A stretch of DNA of 64,000 nt from Desulfobacteraceae bacterium (GTDB lineage Bacteria; Desulfobacterota; Desulfobacteria; Desulfobacterales; JAABSP01): the NCBI GenBank assembly GCA_011389855.1, contig JAABTM010000001.1, positions 7,827 to 71,826 of the forward strand, written 5' to 3'. Of this stretch, positions 55,559 through 64,000 are shown in pieces (the first letter of the stretch is position 1; every line of letters begins with the position of its first letter). A program made the position numbers and the translations under genes. The notes beneath the pieces are model-generated. The model had not been told where the DNA came from, did not search any database, and was given only the letters and a program-made list of their open reading frames with translations.

Positions 55559-56014
55559 ATGATGCGAAAAGCCATCATCTCCGATGTCAAGGCGATCCAC
55601 GCCCTTCTTCAGCTTTACGGCAAACGGGGGGAACTCCTCCCCCGCCCCCTCACGCGGATTTACGATCATCTGCGGGATTTTACGGTCTTTGCGGACGATG
55701 CATCCGGAAAGTTGACGGGCTGCTGCGCCCTCCAGTTCTGCTGGGAGGACCTGGCGGAGATCCGGTCCCTGGCGGTCCACCCGGATTTCACCGGCCAGGG
55801 CATCGGGACCCTGCTCCTGGAGGACGCGGTGACCGAGGCGACCCGGTATCAGATCAGGCGGCTGTTCACGCTGACCTACCGGCCGGGGTTTTTCGAGCAG
55901 TTCGGATTCCACCGGGTCGACCGGTCCGAACTCCCCCTCAAGATCTGGGGCGACTGCCTCCTCTGCGTCAAATTCCCGGATTGCGACGAGATCGCGATGA
56001 TGAAAGCGTTATGA
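55559..56014 (+). CDS. GNAT-family N-acetyltransferase (short ArgA-like)
   Basis: AEIRSLAVHPDFTGQGIGTLLLE is the acetyl-CoA binding motif; 151 aa. Confidence 0.8.
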   Translation: MMRKAIISDVKAIHALLQLYGKRGELLPRPLTRIYDHLRDFTVFADDASGKLTGCCALQFCWEDLAEIRSLAVHPDFTGQGIGTLLLEDAVTEATRYQIRRLFTLTYRPGFFEQFGFHRVDRSELPLKIWGDCLLCVKFPDCDEIAMMKAL

Positions 56015-57070
56015 ATAGATGAAATTGGATGGACAGGGGGGATATTTCCACACCCCGGGCCGGGGCAGGATCTGCTGCCGGCCCACCGTAAGCCAGTTGA
56101 GGTCCGGCTTGAGTTCCCGGAGTTTGCCGTGCTCCGGCGGGCGGGCCTGATCCGTGGGAAAATAGGTGACCTGGAGGATGCAGATGTTCGTCTCTCCATC
56201 CCGAGCCGCCACGTAATTCTTCTTGAAGGTCCGGACCCCCAGGCTGTTGGCCTCGGCGATCCGGGCCGTTTCGTCGGGGTTGTACTTCACCAGCACCAGC
56301 TTGGTCACCCCCCGCTCCGAGATGCGGATCAACGCCCGGCTTTCGCTGCTGCCGGCATATACGGTATTGATGCAGGGAATCCGCTTGAGGTACTGGGCCG
56401 CCACGATGGCCGCGGTCCGACGCCCCCCCACCATCACCGGCAGGCCGTAGTACTCGAAAAACTTTTTCTGGATGTCTTCGGCGTACTTGTCCCCTTTTTC
56501 ATAGAGGTCTTTGGAGATGTAGCGCAGGTTTCGGGCCATGGATTCGGCCGCATCGGCGATGGGCCAGTCGATCCGGACGTGGAAATGGCTGAGGCTGTAC
56601 CGGTTCCGGGTCTGGCTGGCCGGGTCCCGCTGGATGAGCAGGGCGTAGTCCATGGGCAGGAGGGCCTTGAGGAAATTGAAGAAATGGGCCGACTCCAGGT
56701 ATTTCTGGAACCGGTCGAAGGACTTGTCCAGGGGCAGGTAGCGGGAACGGGTCAGGTTGGTCTTGGTGGTCCGGTTCGCGTCGAAAAACCGGATGTATTT
56801 CTTGTGGGCCGCGGGGATGGAATCCTCGACGAAAATCACCAGAAAGGCGTTCTGGGGCTCATACTCCACGTCCGGCAGCAGGGCCCGGGGCTTCAGCTCC
56901 CTTTTTTCCACGAACGGGTAGGCGATGTCCCGCTCCAGGAACTTGTGGTAGGAGTCGATGAGGGCGTATTCCACGATGAACTGGTCCAGCTCGTCCCGAA
57001 GCAGTTCGTAGTAGGATCGCCGGAGCCGGTTGGCATGACTCAGTTCTTCCCTTACGCTCCAGAACGCCAC
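56009..57070 (-). CDS. hypothetical protein (353 aa)
   Basis: GTG start preceded by GGAGGAGG. No TM segment and no motif recognised. Composition is host-like. It sits 22 nt downstream of the small Cys-rich gene in the radC transcription direction. Confidence 0.6.
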   Translation of the reverse strand: MAFWSVREELSHANRLRRSYYELLRDELDQFIVEYALIDSYHKFLERDIAYPFVEKRELKPRALLPDVEYEPQNAFLVIFVEDSIPAAHKKYIRFFDANRTTKTNLTRSRYLPLDKSFDRFQKYLESAHFFNFLKALLPMDYALLIQRDPASQTRNRYSLSHFHVRIDWPIADAAESMARNLRYISKDLYEKGDKYAEDIQKKFFEYYGLPVMVGGRRTAAIVAAQYLKRIPCINTVYAGSSESRALIRISERGVTKLVLVKYNPDETARIAEANSLGVRTFKKNYVAARDGETNICILQVTYFPTDQARPPEHGKLRELKPDLNWLTVGRQQILPRPGVWKYPPCPSNFIYS

Positions 57071-57092
57071 GGTCCTCCTCCCGCGGCCCCCA

Positions 57093-57389
57093 TCAGGGCC
57101 GCCGCTTTTTTCCCGCGTCTTTCGATCGTGCTTTCTCCTTTATCCGGTTGTGGATCGTCTTCTTCCGCGACCATCGTTCCCAGAATCCCATCATGCCCGC
57201 CCCGTAGGCCCGGTCCACCATGGCGTCCTTCACCTTCAGCCCGTCCCTGGCCGCCATGGCCCGGCGGAGACAGTCGGTCTTGAGGGGGCATTGCAAACAG
57301 TCGAGCGGCGTGTGGCGGAGGTCGTCCTTCCCCATGGGAAAGACCGTCTCCAGGTCGCCGTAACAGCCCGGCCTTTCCGCCCCGGTCAC
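57093..57389 (-). CDS. small Cys-rich basic protein (98 aa)
   Basis: This is the 3' part of track ORF 57093..57890. The GTG at 57389 overlaps the radC stop as GTGA; an alternative ATG is at 57335. Sequence: PGCYGDLETVFPMGKDDLRHTPLDCLQCPLKTDC, then a Lys/Arg-rich tail. Confidence 0.5.
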   Translation of the reverse strand: MTGAERPGCYGDLETVFPMGKDDLRHTPLDCLQCPLKTDCLRRAMAARDGLKVKDAMVDRAYGAGMMGFWERWSRKKTIHNRIKEKARSKDAGKKRRP

Positions 57390-58114
57390 AGCGGCGTCTC
57401 CTTCCCCTGGACCATTCGGCTGATGTACCCCGCGTCGGCGAAGCTGAAATACCGGTTGTCCCCGATCACCAGGTGTTCGTGGACCGTGATGCCCATCACC
57501 CGGCAGGCCTCGATGAGCTGGCGGGTGACGGCGATGTCCTCGGCCGAAGGGCTGGGATCCCCCGACGGGTGGTTGTGGGCGAAGATCAACGCCGCCGCGT
57601 GCTGGTCCAGGGCGGCCCGCACCACCTCCCGGGGATAAACGGAGCTGGCGGTCAGGGTCCCTTCGAAGAGGGTTTCGGTCCCGATGATCCTGTTTTTGGC
57701 GTCCAGGAACAGGGCCTTGAAACATTCCCGGTTCCGGTCCCGCATGGTGCCGTAAAGGTAGTCGAACAGCTCTTGGGAGTTGTTGACCGGATCCCGCTTG
57801 ATCAGCCGCTTCTCCAGGTACCGGTCGGCCACCGCCTTGGCGAGCTTGACGCCGAAGACGTTGGTGGGGCCGATCCCGTCGATCTCGCACATCTCCTCCA
57901 CCGACGCCTCGAACACCCCCTGAAAGCTTTTAAACTGCTTCAACGCCGCCTTGGCCGCGTCCTTGCAGTCCCGCCGGGGCGTGGCAAGCGTCAGCAGCAG
58001 CTCGATCACCTCGTAGTCGTGGAACCCCTCCAGACCCGACGCCAGAAATTTCTCCCGCAACCGCTTTCGGTGGCCGGCGCCTTTGTGTTCTTTATGTGCT
58101 TTGGTCTCGGACAA
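57386..58114 (-). CDS. radC: RadC-family JAB/MPN domain protein
   Basis: N-terminal HhH region, then the C-terminal JAMM motif IFAHNHPSGDPSPSAEDI. Confidence 0.88.
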   Translation of the reverse strand: MSETKAHKEHKGAGHRKRLREKFLASGLEGFHDYEVIELLLTLATPRRDCKDAAKAALKQFKSFQGVFEASVEEMCEIDGIGPTNVFGVKLAKAVADRYLEKRLIKRDPVNNSQELFDYLYGTMRDRNRECFKALFLDAKNRIIGTETLFEGTLTASSVYPREVVRAALDQHAAALIFAHNHPSGDPSPSAEDIAVTRQLIEACRVMGITVHEHLVIGDNRYFSFADAGYISRMVQGKETPL

Positions 58115-59143
58115 TTATCGCTCGTCCAACTCATCCTTCAAATCCCTCGTCATCAACCGCTTCAACGCCTCGGCCGGGGAGACCTCGTCGTAGAGGACAT
58201 GGTAGATCTCGTGGGAGATGGGCATCTCCACGCCGAGTTTCCGGGAGAGGTTGTAGACCGACTTGGCGGTTTTGACGCCTTCGGCCACCATCCGCATGTC
58301 CGCCAGGATCTCCGTGAGGGTCATCCCCTCCCCGATTTTCCTGCCCACGGTGTGGTTCCGGCTGATGTCGCCGGTGCAGGTCAGGATCAGGTCGCCGATG
58401 CCCGCCAGACCGGTGAAGCTGCGGGGGTTGGCGCCCATTTTGACCCCCAGGCGGCGGATCTCGGTGAGCCCCCGGGTGATGAGGGCCGCCCTGGTGTTGA
58501 GGCCCAGCCCCAGCCCGTCGATGATGCCGGCGGCTATGGCGATGACGTTTTTGACGGCGCCGCCCAGCTCCACGCCGATGACGTCCTCGCTGGTGTAGAC
58601 CCGGAAGGCCGGGGTGGCGAACGCCTGCTGGACTTTCCGGGCCGTTTCCGGGGAGGGCGAGGCCGCCGTGACCGCCGTGGGCACGAGCCGGGCCACCTCC
58701 TTGGCGAAAGAGGGCCCCGACAGGACCGCCAGCCGGTCGGGCCGGATCCCGGTCAGGGTGTCGGCCAGAACCCCGGACATGGTCAGGTGGGTGCCGTTCT
58801 CGATGCCCTTGGACGCCGTCACCACGGTGGTCTTGTCGGCCACCATCCCCGCCATCTTCTGCCCGGTTTCCCGCATCACATGGGAGGGGACCACCACCAG
58901 CAACAAATCCCGGTCGGCCGCGACCCGCTCCAGGTCGTTGGTGGCGGAGAGGTTGTCCGACAGGGTCACCCCCGGCAGAAACCACTCGTTTTCCCGCCTG
59001 GCCTCAATGGATTCCCGCACCTCCGGCTCGTACACCCACAAATCGATGGAATACCCCTTGACAGCCAGAAGATTGGCCAAAGCCGTCCCCCAGGAGCCGC
59101 CGCCCACAACGCCGATCCTCGCATCCATAAGGTTCTCCATCAT
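58115..59143 (-). CDS. gpsA: NAD(P)H-dependent glycerol-3-phosphate dehydrogenase
   Basis: [14 protein letters not shown] Rossmann motif, [12 protein letters not shown]; 342 aa. The ATG overlaps the gyrA stop. Confidence 0.9.
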   Translation of the reverse strand: MMENLMDARIGVVGGGSWGTALANLLAVKGYSIDLWVYEPEVRESIEARRENEWFLPGVTLSDNLSATNDLERVAADRDLLLVVVPSHVMRETGQKMAGMVADKTTVVTASKGIENGTHLTMSGVLADTLTGIRPDRLAVLSGPSFAKEVARLVPTAVTAASPSPETARKVQQAFATPAFRVYTSEDVIGVELGGAVKNVIAIAAGIIDGLGLGLNTRAALITRGLTEIRRLGVKMGANPRSFTGLAGIGDLILTCTGDISRNHTVGRKIGEGMTLTEILADMRMVAEGVKTAKSVYNLSRKLGVEMPISHEIYHVLYDEVSPAEALKRLMTRDLKDELDER

Positions 59144-61680
59144 GCCTCCGGCTCCTCCGGCCCTTCGTCCCTTTCTGCCTCTGTCCCTCCGTCCCTCTGT
59201 CCCTCTGTCCCTCTGTCCCTCTGTCCCTCCATCCCTTCTTCTTCCAGTTCCTCCTCCTTCTCCGCCAACCGCGCCGCCCCCACCACCCGCTCGTCCGTCT
59301 CCAGGTTCATGAGCTTGACGCCCTGGGTGTTGCGGCTGATGACCGAGATGCCGGAGACCGGCATCCGGATGATCTTGCCGCTGTCGGTCATGAGCATCAG
59401 ATCGTCGTCTTCTTCCACCAGCAGGATGGCCACCACCCGGCCGTTCCGCTCGCTGGTCTTGATGGTGATGACGCCTTTGCCGCCCCGGCGGCGGAGGGGG
59501 TACTCGTCGATGGCGGTCCGCTTGCCGAAGCCGTTTTCCGTGGCGGTGAAAAGCGTCTGGCCGTGGCTGAGCACCTCCATGCCCACCAGGTGGTCGTCGG
59601 CGGACAGGCTCATGCCCCGCACGCCCTGGGCCGCCCGGGTCATGGTCCGCACATCCGATTCATGGAACCGGATCGACTGGCCGTTGGCGGATCCCAGAAA
59701 GACGTTCATGCCGCCGTCGGTGATCCGGGCCGCCATGAGTTCGTCCCCTTCGGTGAGATTGATGCCGATGATCCCGCCGGTCCGGGGGCGGCTGTAGGCC
59801 ATGAGATCGGTCTTTTTCACCATCCCGTTCTTGGTGGCCATTAGGATGAAGCGGTCGGGCGTGAAGTCCGGCACGTTGAGGACCGTGGTCAGTTTTTCGT
59901 CCTTGCCGAACTCCAGGAGGTTGACGATGGCCTTGCCCCGGGATGAGCGGCCCGCCTGGGGGATGTCGTAGACCTTGCACCAGAAGACCCGCCCCAGGTT
60001 GGTGAAAAAGAGGAAGGTGTGATGGGTGGAGGCTACGAAAAGGAGGTAGACGAAATCGTCCTCCTTCTTGCCCATGGCGGTCTTGCCCCGGCCGCCCCGC
60101 CGCTGGCTGGTATAGAGGGTGATGGGGTTCCGCTTGATGTATCCGCTCCGGGTGATGGTGACCACCATGTCCTCTTCGGCGATCATGTCGGCGATGGTCA
60201 GCTCCCGGGTGGAAGCCGCGATTTCGGTGCGCCGCTCGTCGCCGTAGGCCTCCTGGAGGGCGGTCAACTCCTCCTTGATGATGTCGAGGACGATCCGCTC
60301 GCTGCCGAGGATCTCCTTGTACCAGGCGATGTCCTTCAACACCTGCTGGTATTCCTCGACGATCTTTTCCCGCTCCAGGCCGGTGAGCCGGTGGAGGCGC
60401 ATGTCCAGGATAGCCTGGGCCTGGGCCGCCGACAGCCCGAAGCGGTCCATCAACCGCTCTTTGGCCTCGGGCGCGTTTTTGGACGCACGGATCAGCGCCA
60501 CCACCTCGTCGAGGTTGTCCAGGGCTATCTTGAGTCCTTCCAGGATGTGGGCCCGCTCCTCGGCTTTCCGCAGGTCGTACCGGGTCCGCCGGACGATGAT
60601 CTCCTTCCGGTGGCGGATGAACTGCTCCAGAAGCTCCTTGAGGGAGAAAACCTGGGGCCGGTTGTGGAGAACCCCCAGCAAATTGATCCCGAAGCTGGTC
60701 TCCATCTGGGTGTGCTTGTAGAGCTGGTTGATCACCACCTCGGCCATGGCGTCCCGTTTCAGGGCGACGGCGATGCGCATGCCCTGCCGGTCGGACTCGT
60801 CCCGGACGTAGCGGACCCCCTCGATGACCTTCTCCTTCATCAGGGCGGCGATCTTCTCGATGAGCTTCGACTTGTTGACCTGGTAGGGGATTTCGTAGAC
60901 CGCGATCGTCTCGGCGCCGGTCTTGGGATCCTCCTCCACCTCGGATTTGGCCCGGATCCGTATGACCCCCCGGCCGGTCCGGTAGGCGTCCCGGATGCCG
61001 TCCACGCCGTAGATGACCCCGGCGGTGGGAAAGTCGGGGCCCGGCACATGTTGCATCAGCTCTTCCAGGGAGATGGCCGGCTCGTCGATGAGCGCCTTCA
61101 GGGCGGAGATGATCTCGGTCAGGTTGTGGGGCGGAATGTTGGTGGCCATGCCCACGGCGATGCCCGAGGAGCCGTTGATGAGCAGGGAGGGGAGCTTGGC
61201 CGGAAGCACCGAGGGTTCGGTGAGGGATTCGTCGTAGTTTTCCACCCAGTCGACGGTCTCTTTTTCCAGGTCCGCCAGCATTTCGTGGGCCATTTTGGCC
61301 ATCCGGACCTCGGTGTACCGCATAGCCGCCGGCGGGTCGCCGTCGACGGAACCGAAGTTGCCCTGGCCGTCCACCATGGGGTAGCGGAGGGAAAAGCTCT
61401 GGGCCATACGGACAATGGCGTCGTAGACGGCGCTGTCGCCGTGGGGGTGGTATTTACCGATGACGTCGCCCACGATGCGGGCCGACTTTTTGTAGGGTTT
61501 GTTCCAGTCGTTCTTCAGCTCGTGCATGGCGAAAAGCACGCGGCGATGCACGGGCTTGAGGCCGTCCCGAACGTCCGGGAGGGCCCGCCCGATGATCACG
61601 CTCATGGCGTAATCGAGATATGATCGCTTCATCTCGCTGGCGATGCTGATCTCGGGCAATCTGTCTGTTTCTGTTGTCAT
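59140..61680 (-). CDS. gyrA: DNA gyrase subunit A
   Basis: [28 protein letters not shown] and the catalytic Tyr region AAMRYTE, followed by C-terminal beta-pinwheel repeats. The last ~30 codons are encoded by the octamer repeat. Confidence 0.95.
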   Translation of the reverse strand: MTTETDRLPEISIASEMKRSYLDYAMSVIIGRALPDVRDGLKPVHRRVLFAMHELKNDWNKPYKKSARIVGDVIGKYHPHGDSAVYDAIVRMAQSFSLRYPMVDGQGNFGSVDGDPPAAMRYTEVRMAKMAHEMLADLEKETVDWVENYDESLTEPSVLPAKLPSLLINGSSGIAVGMATNIPPHNLTEIISALKALIDEPAISLEELMQHVPGPDFPTAGVIYGVDGIRDAYRTGRGVIRIRAKSEVEEDPKTGAETIAVYEIPYQVNKSKLIEKIAALMKEKVIEGVRYVRDESDRQGMRIAVALKRDAMAEVVINQLYKHTQMETSFGINLLGVLHNRPQVFSLKELLEQFIRHRKEIIVRRTRYDLRKAEERAHILEGLKIALDNLDEVVALIRASKNAPEAKERLMDRFGLSAAQAQAILDMRLHRLTGLEREKIVEEYQQVLKDIAWYKEILGSERIVLDIIKEELTALQEAYGDERRTEIAASTRELTIADMIAEEDMVVTITRSGYIKRNPITLYTSQRRGGRGKTAMGKKEDDFVYLLFVASTHHTFLFFTNLGRVFWCKVYDIPQAGRSSRGKAIVNLLEFGKDEKLTTVLNVPDFTPDRFILMATKNGMVKKTDLMAYSRPRTGGIIGINLTEGDELMAARITDGGMNVFLGSANGQSIRFHESDVRTMTRAAQGVRGMSLSADDHLVGMEVLSHGQTLFTATENGFGKRTAIDEYPLRRRGGKGVITIKTSERNGRVVAILLVEEDDDLMLMTDSGKIIRMPVSGISVISRNTQGVKLMNLETDERVVGAARLAEKEEELEEEGMEGQRDRGTEGQRDGGTEAERDEGPEEPEA
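59161..59240 (-). repeat. about 10 tandem units of the 8-nt repeat forming the extreme 3' end of gyrA
   Basis: The plus strand reads CCCTTCGT CCCTTTCT GCCTCTGT CCCTCCGT, then CCCTCTGT x4, then CCCTCCAT CCCTTCTT. It is translated as [25 protein letters not shown], followed by PEEPEA and the stop. Confidence 0.85.
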
Positions 61681-61699
61681 AGAATCTCGATTCCATCCC

Positions 61700-62767
61700 T
61701 CACACGGACCGCACCAGGTTCCGGTAGCTTGTGTTGTAGATGTCCGTCAGGGTTAAAAAAGCGGTCACCACCAAAGGACCGTAGAGGATCCCCAGGATCC
61801 CGAACAGCTTCAGCCCGCCGATGATGGCCAGAAAGACCAGCAGGGTGTGCATCTGAACCCGGCTGCCCACCAGCCGGGGTTTGAACAGGTATTCGATGCC
61901 GCCGGACAGGCCCACGTAGAACACCAGTAAGAGGATCCCCGCCAGGATGCGCCCCTCGATCATGAGGTAGACCGCCGCCGGCGCGAGGACCAAGCCGATC
62001 CCCACGATGGGCAGAAACGCCAGGATCGACATGACGACTCCCCAGAGAAAGGCCGACGGCAGCCCCGCCAGGGTGAAGGCGATGCCGCCGGCGACGCCCT
62101 GGATCAGTCCGCAGAGGCCGTTGCCCACGATGACGGCGCCGGCCATTTCCCGGAACTTCCCGATCAGCTTCTCCTCCTGGTCCTCGGGCAGGGGGCACAG
62201 GTCGATGATGAACGAAATCAGCCTGTCCCCGTCGATGAGCAGGTAAAAGGCCACCAGGAGCATGAAGAAAAAGTTGACCAGGAACCTGAACACGTTGGAG
62301 GCGATGGCGTTGGCCTGCTCGTAAAGGAACAGGCCGACGATCTTGCCGATCTCCGGGATGGCCCGGTTGACTTCCTCACCGGTCAACTTGATGTTGAAAT
62401 GGGCCAGGACGGTCCCGGCCCGCTCCAGCAGCGCGCTGCTCTCGAAAAGGCCCTGGATGTGGTTGCGCAGCCCCGCCCCCCGGGCCATGAGGTACATGTC
62501 ATAGGCCTCCTTGGAGAGGACCCCCACCAGCAAAACAATGGGGATGAACAGCACCAGAAAGACGACCCCGCAGGTCAGAAAAGAGGCGATCCCGGGCCGG
62601 AATTTTTTTTCAAACCGCCCGTGCAGCGGCTTGAAGACCCCCGTCACCACCGACGCCACCACGATGATGGAGAAAAAGGGCAGCAGCAGCCACCCCAGCA
62701 GAAAACAGGACAGGAGGAATAACGCGAGGAAAAACCAGACGATGGTGTTTCGCGAGGCATCCTGCAC
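61700..62767 (-). CDS. AI-2E family transporter (PerM/YhhT-like)
   Basis: 355-aa polytopic membrane protein with a GTG start. The pattern [22 protein letters not shown] is typical of the family. Confidence 0.85.
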   Translation of the reverse strand: MQDASRNTIVWFFLALFLLSCFLLGWLLLPFFSIIVVASVVTGVFKPLHGRFEKKFRPGIASFLTCGVVFLVLFIPIVLLVGVLSKEAYDMYLMARGAGLRNHIQGLFESSALLERAGTVLAHFNIKLTGEEVNRAIPEIGKIVGLFLYEQANAIASNVFRFLVNFFFMLLVAFYLLIDGDRLISFIIDLCPLPEDQEEKLIGKFREMAGAVIVGNGLCGLIQGVAGGIAFTLAGLPSAFLWGVVMSILAFLPIVGIGLVLAPAAVYLMIEGRILAGILLLVFYVGLSGGIEYLFKPRLVGSRVQMHTLLVFLAIIGGLKLFGILGILYGPLVVTAFLTLTDIYNTSYRNLVRSV

Positions 62768-62846
62768 TCTTCTCTCCGTTCTCCCGGCGGCGCGGCCGTT
62801 CCCCGGGGCGCTTAAGAGGCCAGGGGCGGGCGGTTCGGGCCGGGGC

Positions 62847-63002
62847 CTACCGGCTGATCAGGCCGCCGGCCGCGACCAGCAGCATCGCCTCATAGGCCGC
62901 GACGGGGGTGTAACCGCCGAACAGCGCGAAAATGACGCCCCCGCCGATGATGGCGGGCACGCCGAAAACCACCAGAATTCCCAGTCTTCTCGGAATATCC
63001 AT
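62847..63002 (-). CDS. possible small membrane protein (51 aa)
   Basis: Below the ORF-track length cutoff. ATG 63002 is preceded by AGGAG. Sequence: MDIPRRLGILVVFGVPAIIGGGVIFALFGGYTPVAAYEAMLLVAAGGLISR, with two hydrophobic stretches. Confidence 0.4.
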   Translation of the reverse strand: MDIPRRLGILVVFGVPAIIGGGVIFALFGGYTPVAAYEAMLLVAAGGLISR

Positions 63003-63098
63003 TCTCAACTCCTGTCAATGGTTTCGGGATCTTCCCAAGGTTTCAACAAATATGCGAGTCTATCTGAAAATACGGGATTTTGCAACAGAAATTCGTCC

Positions 63099-64000
63099 CT
63101 ATCGCTCGATGAGCATGGCCATGCCCATGCCGCCGCCGATGCACATGCTGATCAGGCCGGCGCCGTAACCCTTCCGCTTCATCTGGTGGATGGCGGTCAC
63201 CATCTGGCGGGCGCCGGTGGCGCCGATGGGATGGCCCAGGGAGATGCCGCTGCCCAGCTCGTTGGGCTTTTCCGTGGGAATGGACAGCTCCCGCATGCAG
63301 CCGATGGCCTGGGCGGCAAAGGCTTCGTTGAGTTCGATCATGTCCAGGTCGGCGACGGTCCGGTTGCCGGCTTTCAAAACCTTCCGGATGGCGGGCACCG
63401 GTCCCAATCCCATGTAGGCCGGGTCGAGACCGCCCGAGGCAAAGGATTTGATTTTTACCAGGGGTTCCAGCCCCAGATCCCTGGCCTTTTCGGCGCTCAT
63501 GAGCAGCACGGCGGCGGCCGCGTCGTTGATGCCCGAAGCGTTGCCCGCCGTCACGGTCCCGTCTTTTTTGAAGGCGGGCCGCAGATTCCCCATCTTTTCC
63601 ATGCTGGCTTCCATGGGCCGCTCGTCGGTGTCGAAGACCGTGTCGCCCTTGCGGGACTCGATGGTGATGGGCGCGATCTCCTCGGCGAAAATCCCCTCCT
63701 TGATGGCCGCCATGGCCCGCTGATGGCTCAGCACGCCCAGCTCGTCCTGTTCCTCCCGGCTTATGCCGTAAAGGTCAACGATGTTTTCCGCCGTCAGCCC
63801 CATATGGTAGCCGTAGAAGATCTCATAGAGGCCGTCGAAGACCATGAGGTCGTAGATGTCGCCCACGCCGGTCAACTCCATCCGGTGGCCCCAGCGGGCC
63901 TTGGGCAGGGCCATGGGGGCCTGGCTCATGTTCTCCTGGCCGCCGGCCACCACCACCTCCGCGTCGCCGGTCATGATGGCCGACGCCCCCAGGGCGATGG
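63099..64000 (-). CDS. acetyl-CoA C-acetyltransferase (thiolase), C-terminal part; continues beyond the window
   Basis: VVVAGGQENMSQAP...NASGINDAAAAV...CIGGGMGMAMLIER are thiolase signatures. The frame stays open upstream of Met at 63974 to the window end. Confidence 0.9.
   Translation of the reverse strand, partial: IALGASAIMTGDAEVVVAGGQENMSQAPMALPKARWGHRMELTGVGDIYDLMVFDGLYEIFYGYHMGLTAENIVDLYGISREEQDELGVLSHQRAMAAIKEGIFAEEIAPITIESRKGDTVFDTDERPMEASMEKMGNLRPAFKKDGTVTAGNASGINDAAAAVLLMSAEKARDLGLEPLVKIKSFASGGLDPAYMGLGPVPAIRKVLKAGNRTVADLDMIELNEAFAAQAIGCMRELSIPTEKPNELGSGISLGHPIGATGARQMVTAIHQMKRKGYGAGLISMCIGGGMGMAMLIER

Noticed and set aside
57390-57890. The upstream 167 codons of track ORF 57093..57890.
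   Set aside because: This part overlaps radC in another frame and is Arg/Pro/Gly-rich. Only the last 98 codons, downstream of the radC stop, look like a real gene.

Overview
This is a visibly GC-rich bacterial chromosomal segment, densely coding on both strands. The gene content suggests a deltaproteobacterium/Desulfobacterota, by inference only: a TAXI-TRAP transporter, ELP3-like and TIGR03960/03936-like radical SAM proteins next to rnc and rng, a DUF4398/OmpA lipoprotein pair, and a multi-CheD chemosensory cluster. Housekeeping blocks are engB-era, hisG-hisI, PBP1A, rnc, dksA, ftsE-ftsX-envC-ctpA-yibQ, pyrE, rng, degQ, radC-gpsA-gyrA and a thiolase. Five parts are unusual. (i) 1-4.1 kb is a decayed sugar-modification locus (pseC, wbpB, wbpD fragments). 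It is colonised by VapBC-like and MazEF-like modules and carries three direct copies of one wbpD-internal segment, two of them joined to an identical foreign junction. (ii) 35-39 kb holds a PghP-like hydrolase plus an unknown 467-aa membrane protein, an AT-rich ParDE islet, and an orphan tail-anchored HK97-type prohead-protease homologue. (iii) 44.6-55.6 kb is a 12-gene chemosensory-like cluster with three CheD paralogues (one Cys27->Ser), two CheY, CheX, HDOD, a Zn-ribbon/cNMP/DUF4388 protein and no cheW. (iv) The most unusual sequence-level signal is a dispersed family of 8-nt tandem repeats, (GGGACAGA)n. The unit is G-quadruplex-competent and not a multiple of three. The arrays occur inverted around an intrinsic terminator between cheR and cheD, and in frame inside tgpA and at the extreme 3' end of gyrA. 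(v) There are REP-like palindromes and a terminator-containing leader upstream of pyrE. I saw no rRNA, tRNA or CRISPR array. Non-ORF coordinates were derived by hand and may be off by 1-2 nt. All family calls are from motif recognition by eye, not database searches.
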